Positions 56,265 to 64,000 of a stretch of 64,000 nucleotides of DNA are shown piece after piece (within the stretch, counting starts at the first letter, position 1; every line of letters begins with the position of its first letter). The DNA is from Clostridia bacterium (GTDB lineage: Bacteria > Bacillota > Clostridia > Acetivibrionales > UBA4821). Where the stretch lies: positions 1,665 to 65,664 of the forward strand of contig JAWLCD010000012.1 in NCBI GenBank assembly GCA_041687355.1. Direction: 5' to 3'. The position numbers were made by a program, and so were the translations under genes. The notes beneath the pieces are model-generated. The model made no database searches. It saw nothing but the letters and a program-made list of their open reading frames with translations, and was not told where the DNA came from.

Positions 56265-59200
56265 TCAAATATTTTTTTCGGGAGGGGTCACAGGGCACAA
56301 TTCACCGAGCTCAACCATGTCCAATTCACCCAATTCCTTGCCCAGCTTCAAGCTGTCGGCAACCGCTCTCGCAGTATCCAGTGAGGTGAGGCAAGGTAAT
56401 GATTGTTCAATAGACATTCTTCTAATCTTAAAACCATCCCTTTCAGGCTTTCTTCCCTTTGTAGGCGTATTTATAACCAGGTCAATCCTTCCTGACTCAA
56501 TCAGGTCCAGAATATTTGGCGAACCCTCTCCGATTTTTCTAACATGGTTTGTAGCTACATTATAACTGTTTAGTATGTGAGCTGTCTTACCTGTTGCATA
56601 TAGCTCAAATCCCAGTTCTTCAAGTTCTTCGGCTATTGGTATCAGTTCAACCTTATCGCTGTCCCTTACCGTCATCAATACATTCCCTTTACTTGGTATT
56701 CTTATTCCCGATGCTGTTAGACCTTTGTACAGTGCTTCAGGGAAGCTTTTTGATATGCCCAACACCTCTCCGGTGGATTTCATCTCCGGCCCAAGGCTAA
56801 TATCTACATCCGGAAGCTTTTCAAAGGAAAACACCGGAACCTTTACCGCGACATACTCTGACTCAGGATACAAGCCGGTACCGTAGCCCATATCTCTCAA
56901 CCTACACCCCAGCATTGCCCTGGTGGCCAGATCAACCATGGGTATACCTGTTACCTTGCTTATATAGGGAACCGTTCGGCTTGAACGTGGGTTTACTTCA
57001 ATAACATACACCTCATTATCGTATGCTATAAATTGAATATTTATAAGCCCAATCACTTTTAATGCCTTGGCAAGTTTCATTGTACACTCAACAACCATAT
57101 CCTTTATCTCTTCAGATATGGTCTGTGTAGGATAGACCGATATACTGTCCCCAGAATGAACCCCGGCCCTTTCAAGGTGCTCCATGATTCCAGGTATCAG
57201 AACATCCTCTCCGTCACATATGGCATCAACCTCTATTTCCTTGCCCAGAAGATACTTATCAATAAGAATCGGATGCTCCTGTTTTACCCTATTGATGATA
57301 TTCATAAACTCCTCAACATCACTATCCGAGTATGCAATCTCCATCCCCTGGCCTCCCAGGACATACGAAGGTCTTACCAACACGGGGTACCCGAGAGAAT
57401 TTGCAGTTTCCAATGCTTCCTCAAGGGTAAAAACAGTCTTACCTTTAGGTCTTGAAATATTAAGGTCTTCCAGCAGTCTGTCAAACTTTTCCCTGTCTTC
57501 TGCAATATCTACATTGGTGGAGTCTGTACCAAAGATTTTTACTCCCATTTCATTGAGAGCGCCGGTAAGCTTGATTGCTGTCTGTCCTCCGAACTGTACT
57601 ATTGCCCCCAAAGGCTTCTCTTTCTCTACTATGTTCTCTACATCTTCCCTGGTCAAAGGCTCAAAGTAAAGCCTGTCCGAGGTATCGAAGTCTGTGCTGA
57701 CCGTTTCAGGATTATTGTTTACAATTATTGCTTCATAGCCTGACTTCTTAAGCGCCCAGACCGAGTGAACCGAGCAGTAGTCAAACTCTATTCCCTGCCC
57801 TATTCTGATGGGGCCTGACCCAATAACCAGAATTTTCTTACCGCTGCTTTCCTTTGATTCACATACCTTATCATACGTTGAGTAGAAGTATGGAGTAACA
57901 GCCTCAAACTCTGCCGCACATGTATCTACCATTTTGAATGAAGGCCTGATTGAGTACTGCAGGCGTTTCTGCTTCACATCCTTCTCCATACAACCGATAT
58001 ACCCGGCTATCACAGCATCGGTAAAACCCAGCTTCTTAACTTTTAACAGAAATTCTTCATTCAGTGTTTCCAGCGTCGAAGTTTTTAACTTCTCCTCGGT
58101 TGCTACAATCTCTTCCAGCTTGTGAATGAAAAAGCTGTCTATCATTGTAATTTCATTTATTTCCGATATGGTTACGCCTCTTCTCAGTGCTTCAGCAATT
58201 ATGAATATCCTCTCGTCATTCACGTGTCCAATTCTACCCCTTATTTCATCATCAGAAAGCTTCTTGCAGTACGGCTGCTCCAGGGTAAACAGCCCTAGCT
58301 CCAGGGAACGGATAGCCTTCATAAGGGCACCTTCAAAAGACGAACTTATAGCCATAACTTCTCCTGTAGCCTTCATTTGAGTACCTAGCGTACGGTTGGC
58401 CCTGACAAACTTGTCAAACGGCCATTTTGGTATTTTGACCACCACATAGTCCAGAGTTGGCTCAAAACATGCATAGGTTTTTCCGGTAACAGCATTTAAT
58501 ATCTCATCCAGCCCGTACCCGATAGCTATCTTGGTTGCAACCTTGGCAATAGGATACCCGGTTGCCTTGGAGGCAAGCGCACTCGACCTGCTCACCCTTG
58601 GATTAACCTCAATTACTGCATATTCAAAGCTGCCGGGATTTAATGCGAACTGGACATTGCAGCCGCCTTCTATACCCAGAGCAGAGATTATTTTTAACGA
58701 CGCAGTCCTGAGCATCTGATACTCCCTATCCGACAAGGTCTGCGATGGGGCAACAACAATGCTGTCTCCGGTGTGGACACCGACAGGGTCAATATTTTCC
58801 ATATTGCATACTGTAATGACGTTACCTTTGCTGTCACGCATAACTTCATACTCGATTTCCTTCCAACCCGAGATACATTTCTCAATCAACACCTGTGACA
58901 CCCTGCTCAGCCTTATGCCATTGGTCGCAATCTCCTTTAACTGTTCAGGATTATAAGCTATACCTCCGCCTGTTCCTCCAAGTGTATATGCCGGCCTCAC
59001 TATAACCGGATACCCAATCTCTATTGAGAAATCAAGCGCATCTTCAATACACCCAACCACTTTGCTTGCAATTATAGGCTCATTTATCCTTTCCATGGTA
59101 TCCTTGAATGACTGCCTGTCTTCAGCCATTTTAATTGCCTCAACAGCCGTGCCGAGCAGCCGGACGCCATGCTCCTCCAGGAACCCGCTCTCGGCCAGCT

Positions 59201-59501
59201 CCATTGCCAGGTTAAGTCCGGTCTGCCCTCCAAGCGTAGGCAGAATACTGTCGGGCTTCTCCTCAAGTATTATCTTCTTTATAACCTCGGGCACCAGAGG
59301 CTCAATATATATTTTCCCGGCTACATTTCTGTCGGTCATTATTGTTGCAGGATTACTATTGATGAGTACTACTTCAATTCCTTCCTCAGCCAGTGCCCTG
59401 CAGGCTTGTGTTCCGGCATAGTCAAACTCTGCAGCCTGTCCTATAATTATCGGCCCTGAGCCAATTACCAGTACTTTTTTAATCTCATTTCTTTTTGGCA
59501 C
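56265..59501 (-). CDS. carB: Carbamoyl-phosphate synthase large subunit
   Basis: 1078 aa with duplicated ATP-grasp halves and an MGS-like C-terminal domain. Confidence 0.97.
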   Translation of the reverse strand: MPKRNEIKKVLVIGSGPIIIGQAAEFDYAGTQACRALAEEGIEVVLINSNPATIMTDRNVAGKIYIEPLVPEVIKKIILEEKPDSILPTLGGQTGLNLAMELAESGFLEEHGVRLLGTAVEAIKMAEDRQSFKDTMERINEPIIASKVVGCIEDALDFSIEIGYPVIVRPAYTLGGTGGGIAYNPEQLKEIATNGIRLSRVSQVLIEKCISGWKEIEYEVMRDSKGNVITVCNMENIDPVGVHTGDSIVVAPSQTLSDREYQMLRTASLKIISALGIEGGCNVQFALNPGSFEYAVIEVNPRVSRSSALASKATGYPIAKVATKIAIGYGLDEILNAVTGKTYACFEPTLDYVVVKIPKWPFDKFVRANRTLGTQMKATGEVMAISSSFEGALMKAIRSLELGLFTLEQPYCKKLSDDEIRGRIGHVNDERIFIIAEALRRGVTISEINEITMIDSFFIHKLEEIVATEEKLKTSTLETLNEEFLLKVKKLGFTDAVIAGYIGCMEKDVKQKRLQYSIRPSFKMVDTCAAEFEAVTPYFYSTYDKVCESKESSGKKILVIGSGPIRIGQGIEFDYCSVHSVWALKKSGYEAIIVNNNPETVSTDFDTSDRLYFEPLTREDVENIVEKEKPLGAIVQFGGQTAIKLTGALNEMGVKIFGTDSTNVDIAEDREKFDRLLEDLNISRPKGKTVFTLEEALETANSLGYPVLVRPSYVLGGQGMEIAYSDSDVEEFMNIINRVKQEHPILIDKYLLGKEIEVDAICDGEDVLIPGIMEHLERAGVHSGDSISVYPTQTISEEIKDMVVECTMKLAKALKVIGLINIQFIAYDNEVYVIEVNPRSSRTVPYISKVTGIPMVDLATRAMLGCRLRDMGYGTGLYPESEYVAVKVPVFSFEKLPDVDISLGPEMKSTGEVLGISKSFPEALYKGLTASGIRIPSKGNVLMTVRDSDKVELIPIAEELEELGFELYATGKTAHILNSYNVATNHVRKIGEGSPNILDLIESGRIDLVINTPTKGRKPERDGFKIRRMSIEQSLPCLTSLDTARAVADSLKLGKELGELDMVELGELCPVTPPEKNI

Positions 59502-59541
59502 TTACCTAACCCCCTGTTATTTACTGATTAATTTCTCTTAT

Positions 59542-60642
59542 TTAACTGCTGGCTTCGGCTTCCCTGAGTTTTCCTATCATTTCCATAAACTCGTCAAAAA
59601 GGTATCCGGTATCAGTTGGTCCCGGAGAAGCTTCAGGGTGAAACTGGACTGTAAAAGCCGGTACTCCTAGATACCGCACTCCTTCAATTGTCTGGTCATT
59701 CATATTCCTGTGGCTGACTACAGCCTTACTCGTATCCACGGAAGATTCTACTATCGTATACCCATGATTCTGCGATGTAATATATGTCATATCCTTGTCA
59801 AGGTCCTTCACCGGATGGTTGCAGCCCCTGTGTCCATACTTGAGCCTTTCAGTATCCGCACCGGCCGCAAGAGCCATAATCTGATGTCCAAGGCATATTC
59901 CGAACATCGGAACCTTACCAAACAGGTCCTTTATTGTTTTGATTGTATCCACACAGTCCTTGGGGTCACCGGGGCCATTTGAGAAAACAATGCCGTCAGG
60001 CTCAACCTCCATAATCTCCTCTGCTGTGGCACTTGCAGGGAAAACATAGACCTTGCAGTCTCTTTTCAAAAGAGAGCGGACTATATTATTTTTCACACCC
60101 AGGTCAACAAGTGCTATCTTATAACCATTTCCATCATAAACCTTCAATTCGGTTGTAGTAACCTCACTTACCGGGTCCCTGATTTCAAACGCTCTAATAT
60201 TATCCAACTGCTGGTTAATATTAAAATCCTCCCTGGTAGATATCATCCCCTTCATTGTTCCCTTTTCTCTCAGGATTCTGGTAAGTGCGCGTGTATCAAT
60301 ACCTTCTATTCCAATTATTCCGGAACGCTGAAGATACTCATTCAGGTTCTCTACCGACCTCCAGTTACTTGGCGTCCGGCAGACCTCCCTTACAACAAAG
60401 CCTCTAACCTGGGGTTTTACTGACTCAATGTCTTCAGGATTTACTCCGTAGTTACCAATCAGTGGATAGGTCATGGTTACAATCTGACCGCAGTATGATG
60501 GGTCGGTCAGAACCTCCTGATACCCTGTCATACCAGTATTAAAAACAACCTCTCCAAATACTTCTCCCTCGGCTCCAAAGCTCGAACCTTCAAAAACTGT
60601 TCCGTCTTCCAATGCGAGTACAGCCTTCTTCAAGATATTCAA
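59542..60642 (-). CDS. carA: Carbamoyl-phosphate synthase small subunit (glutaminase)
   Basis: GICLGHQ catalytic Cys motif and HPE near the C-terminus. Confidence 0.96.
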   Translation of the reverse strand: MNILKKAVLALEDGTVFEGSSFGAEGEVFGEVVFNTGMTGYQEVLTDPSYCGQIVTMTYPLIGNYGVNPEDIESVKPQVRGFVVREVCRTPSNWRSVENLNEYLQRSGIIGIEGIDTRALTRILREKGTMKGMISTREDFNINQQLDNIRAFEIRDPVSEVTTTELKVYDGNGYKIALVDLGVKNNIVRSLLKRDCKVYVFPASATAEEIMEVEPDGIVFSNGPGDPKDCVDTIKTIKDLFGKVPMFGICLGHQIMALAAGADTERLKYGHRGCNHPVKDLDKDMTYITSQNHGYTIVESSVDTSKAVVSHRNMNDQTIEGVRYLGVPAFTVQFHPEASPGPTDTGYLFDEFMEMIGKLREAEASS

Positions 60643-61607
60643 CCCTCCATATTCTGATTTTTTGCCGTCATTGCGGCAATCTCGTTGTTTAATTCATCTC
60701 TCATGTGAATAACCTCTGCCCTGGCCGCCTGGTCAAATTCACGGGCACTGTAGTCAGCCTTCCATCGTTGTGATGCATATGCCGAAGAAATGCTTCTGGA
60801 GGCATTAACAATCGCTCCCAGCCCATCTTCCTTAAATGCGCAGGCAGCATCCGCAGCAGTACCCCCCTGGGTGCCATACCCCGGCACCAGTATATATGCA
60901 TGCGTTAGAGTATTTCTCAGCTTAATCAACTGGTCAGGGTATGTAGCTCCGATCACTGCTCCAACCGAACTGTAGCCGTTAGCTCCGATAAGCCGTTCTC
61001 CCCACTTGTTGACATGCTCAGCCACAAGTTCGAATATGTATCTACCTTCGGATGTAGTTATATCCTGAAGGTCACCCGAGGTTTTATTCGAGGTTTTAAC
61101 CAGCAGGAAGATTCCTTTCCCGTACCTTTCACAGTCCTTAATGAAAGGCTCAACACTATCCCCGCCTAGATAGGGATTCACGGTAATAAAGTCTATATCA
61201 AACACTTCTTGAAGCTCTCCATAAATCGCGGTTTTTCCAAGGTATGCGCTTGAATAAGCTTCTGCAGTAGAACCTATGTCCCCTCTCTTAACATCGCCTA
61301 TTACCAGGAGTTTCTTTGACCTGGCATATTCACAGGTCTCTTTAAATACCCTCATGCCTTCAACTCCAAGCATTTCATAAAATGCTATCTGAGGCTTGAC
61401 GGCAGGAATAAGGTCATATACCGCATCAATTAACCTTGTATTAAATTCAAGCACCGCTTCTGCAGCAGCCTTTAACCCTTGACCATGCCTTGAAAATGCT
61501 GACTCCTTAATAAATTCGGGAACAGCTTCAAGTCTGGGGTCAAGTCCCACAACCGTTGGGTTGTTCTTATTTTTTATTTGTTCTATCAATCTGTCAATTG
61601 CAATCAT
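60639..61607 (-). CDS. pyrF: Orotidine 5'-phosphate decarboxylase (long, type 2)
   Basis: VGLDP, DVKRGDIGST and PGYGTQGG motifs. It overlaps carA by 4 nt. Confidence 0.9.
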   Translation of the reverse strand: MIAIDRLIEQIKNKNNPTVVGLDPRLEAVPEFIKESAFSRHGQGLKAAAEAVLEFNTRLIDAVYDLIPAVKPQIAFYEMLGVEGMRVFKETCEYARSKKLLVIGDVKRGDIGSTAEAYSSAYLGKTAIYGELQEVFDIDFITVNPYLGGDSVEPFIKDCERYGKGIFLLVKTSNKTSGDLQDITTSEGRYIFELVAEHVNKWGERLIGANGYSSVGAVIGATYPDQLIKLRNTLTHAYILVPGYGTQGGTAADAACAFKEDGLGAIVNASRSISSAYASQRWKADYSAREFDQAARAEVIHMRDELNNEIAAMTAKNQNMEG

Positions 61608-61635
61608 AAAGCCACTTTACCTCCAATCAGGTTAT

Positions 61636-62901
61636 TCAGATTATCTTGCCGTTAACAATTGTGTAGTACACTCTGCCTTTAAGGTTCATGCCGTTGAACG
61701 GTGAATTTCTCCCCTTTGTCTTGAAACTATTAACATCTATAACCACTTCTTCATTTGGATTAAATATTGTTATATCTGCAGTTTTCCCCACGGTTATGGT
61801 TCCGCGGTTCAGCCCGAGTATCCTGGACGGATTGTAACACATCTTTTGGACCAGCTGTTTGTAGGTTATATGCCCCGGATGTACCAGATGGGTTAATACC
61901 AGGGGTAGGGCAGTTTCAAAGCCAACCATACCAAAGGCAGCAATATTGAATTCAACATTCTTATCATCAACATGATGAGGAGCGTGGTCTGTTGCTATCA
62001 CGTCGATTGTTCCATCCGCAAGCCCCTGGATGACTGCATCAATATCTCCCTTTGTTCTAAGCGGCGGGTTAACCTTTGCCGAAGTATTGAAGCCCAGAGA
62101 TGCCTCGTCGGTAAGGCTGAAGTAATGCGGACAGGTTTCGGCTGTGACACTGACATTTCTTTTTTTAGCATCCCTGATTATCTGGACTGAACCCTTTGTA
62201 CTTACATGAGCTATGTGTACAGGGCATTTCGTATGTTCGGCGAGAATAACGTCACGAGCTACCATTACTTCTTCTGCTTCTCGCGGTATCCCCTTCAATC
62301 CAAGGGAAGTAGAGATGAAACCTTCATTCATCACTCCATCATCAACCAGGGCATAGTCTTCACAGTGGGATATAACAGTCATTTCGAACATCTTTGCGTA
62401 TTGAAGTGCCCTCCTCATAACCTGAGCATTACTTACCGGCTTTCCATCATCCGATATGGCTACTGCTCCTGCGAATTTTAGCTCGCCAATCTCAGCAAGC
62501 TCGGTACCGTTCTGTCCTTTTGTAATACACCCTATGGGAAACACATTAACCATACCTAAAGAATCAGCCTTACCCTTGATGTATCTTACAACCGACTGAT
62601 TATCAATAACCGGGTTTGTATTAGGCATACATGCTATGGATGTAAAGCCTCCTGCTGCTGCACTGAGAACGCCTGTTTCAATTGTTTCCTTATGTTCGAA
62701 TCCCGGCTCCCTCAGGTGGCAGTGCATGTCAACCATTCCCGGTATAATATAAAGGCCTTTGCAGTCTAAAATCTCATTACACTCGTAATCCAACTTTTTT
62801 CCTATATCCTTTATAATGCCGTCTTCAATATAAATGTCACAAACTGCCTCTATGTCTGATGCAGTATCGATTACCGTCCCATTCCTAATCAATATTCTCA
62901 A
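61636..62901 (-). CDS. pyrC: Dihydroorotase
   Basis: DMHCHLREPG metal-binding motif and TDHAPH. Confidence 0.93.
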   Translation of the reverse strand: MRILIRNGTVIDTASDIEAVCDIYIEDGIIKDIGKKLDYECNEILDCKGLYIIPGMVDMHCHLREPGFEHKETIETGVLSAAAGGFTSIACMPNTNPVIDNQSVVRYIKGKADSLGMVNVFPIGCITKGQNGTELAEIGELKFAGAVAISDDGKPVSNAQVMRRALQYAKMFEMTVISHCEDYALVDDGVMNEGFISTSLGLKGIPREAEEVMVARDVILAEHTKCPVHIAHVSTKGSVQIIRDAKKRNVSVTAETCPHYFSLTDEASLGFNTSAKVNPPLRTKGDIDAVIQGLADGTIDVIATDHAPHHVDDKNVEFNIAAFGMVGFETALPLVLTHLVHPGHITYKQLVQKMCYNPSRILGLNRGTITVGKTADITIFNPNEEVVIDVNSFKTKGRNSPFNGMNLKGRVYYTIVNGKII

Positions 62902-63826
62902 TTTCCCTATTCCTCCTTGTGAGTAAATATAGGATTGCCATCCTCACCGCCAGACCGTTGGTCACTTGCTGGTTTATGACTGAATGACTGCCGTCAATTA
63001 CCGGCGATGACAATTCCACTCCTCTGTTAACAGGTCCTGGATGCAGTACCAGTACATCTTCACGTGCCAACCTGAGTCTGTTGTCGTCTATTCCAAAAAA
63101 TTTTGCATACTCCCTTATTGTGGGAAATAAGCCTTGTTTTTGCCTCTCCATTTGAATTCTAAGTGCAATAATTACATCTGCATCCAGTATAGCTTCATGA
63201 ACACTGCCGAATACTTTTACTCCCATTTTTTCAATTTCCGGCGGCATCAGGGTCTCAGGGCCGGCAACACTTACTTCGGCTCCAAGCTTAAGCAAGGCAT
63301 AGGTATCACTTCGCGCAACCCTGCTGTGGTATATATCCCCAACGATAGCAACCTTAAGCCCCTCAATTTCTCCCTTTTTCTCCTTAATGGTAAGCATGTC
63401 CAGAAGTGCCTGTGTAGGGTGCTCGTTCATTCCATCCCCCGCATTTACAATAGAAGCCTTGACATTCCTAGCCATGAGGTGAGGGGCGCCTGACATGGGA
63501 TGCCTGATTACTATAACATCAGTACCCATTGCTTCAATGGTTTTTCCAGTGTCTATCAGTGATTCACCCTTTGCTACACTGCTTGAAGGTGCAGCAACAT
63601 GGGCGGCATTGGCTCCCATGTATTTTGCAGCAAGCTCGAATGACAGCCTGGTCCTGGTACTATTCTCATAGAAAAGTGTAACAACTGATTTTCCGGTCAA
63701 ATGCGGCGTTTTCTTGTTATTGGACCCGATTATGAATTTCATGGTTTCAGCAGTTTTTAAAATCAGATTGATTTCTTCCTTGGTCAGGTCCTTAATACCC
63801 AGCAGGTCTTTTGACTTAAGCTTCAT
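62885..63826 (-). CDS. pyrB: Aspartate carbamoyltransferase catalytic subunit
   Basis: STRTR, HPTQ and HPGP motifs. The start was chosen at the ATG at 63826, which follows AAGGTG. Confidence 0.95.
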   Translation of the reverse strand: MKLKSKDLLGIKDLTKEEINLILKTAETMKFIIGSNNKKTPHLTGKSVVTLFYENSTRTRLSFELAAKYMGANAAHVAAPSSSVAKGESLIDTGKTIEAMGTDVIVIRHPMSGAPHLMARNVKASIVNAGDGMNEHPTQALLDMLTIKEKKGEIEGLKVAIVGDIYHSRVARSDTYALLKLGAEVSVAGPETLMPPEIEKMGVKVFGSVHEAILDADVIIALRIQMERQKQGLFPTIREYAKFFGIDDNRLRLAREDVLVLHPGPVNRGVELSSPVIDGSHSVINQQVTNGLAVRMAILYLLTRRNREIENID

Positions 63827-63905
63827 TACACACCTTACCCCCATAACGGTTTATTCATTGTCTTTACTCAGAAAAATCTGATTCTCTGTTCAATAACGCT
63901 TCAAC

Positions 63906-63933
63906 ATAAAAATAGTAAGGCTCAAACCTTACT
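63906..63933 (-). terminator. Leader terminator (attenuator) upstream of pyrB
   Basis: The minus-strand RNA has AGUAAGG-uuugag-CCUUACU followed by AUUUUUAU, about 80 nt before the pyrB ATG. Confidence 0.55.
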
Positions 63934-64000
63934 AAAATTCTAAACTATCTTCAGAAAAATCTGTTATACTGCCCGACTCCAATAGCCCGGTCGAAATGTA

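Noticed and set aside
56594-59459. Many plus-strand ORFs of 60-160 aa inside carB (for example 57184..57669). Similar antisense ORFs lie inside the hydrogenase-MCP, permease and pyr genes.
   Set aside because: They are antisense shadow ORFs of well-supported long genes, with low-complexity Ser/Leu/Pro-rich translations and no RBS.

Overview
This 64-kb chromosomal window comes from an endospore-forming Clostridia-type Firmicute that makes SLH (S-layer homology) proteins. Supporting genes are an alpha/beta SASP, three LysM cortex or cell-wall hydrolases, a sensory [FeFe]-hydrogenase domain, and a pyrB-pyrC-pyrF-carA-carB-pyrK-pyrD operon. The left end carries type IC restriction-modification genes (partial hsdS with a (ELTA)4 tandem repeat, then hsdR). 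Directly behind them is an AT-rich two-gene module: a 152-aa protein with three transmembrane helices plus a 132-aa ThsB-like TIR protein. I rate this module the best candidate for an undescribed defence system. Next come the SASP gene, a frameshifted CPA2 antiporter, an MBL hydrolase, and smpB-ssrA. The tmRNA 3' end is duplicated about 3.4 kb downstream with compensatory T-arm changes. The two copies bracket a small island with no integrase. That island carries a HydS-type hydrogenase domain fused to an MCP signalling domain, plus degenerate ORF remnants. Two unrelated repeat families stand out. Family A is an 80-nt perfect three-way-junction core present in 3 copies. Family B is an 84-178-nt structured element in 4 copies, arranged as two inverted pairs that bracket whole genes in a cell-envelope glycolipid/glycosylation locus. 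Other notable items are a ydaO-type c-di-AMP riboswitch before a SleB-like hydrolase, an SLH-like gene split by one in-frame TAG, a uracil permease lacking TM1, and two homopolymer-associated frameshifts. All calls were made by eye from the translations and sequence; no searches were run.
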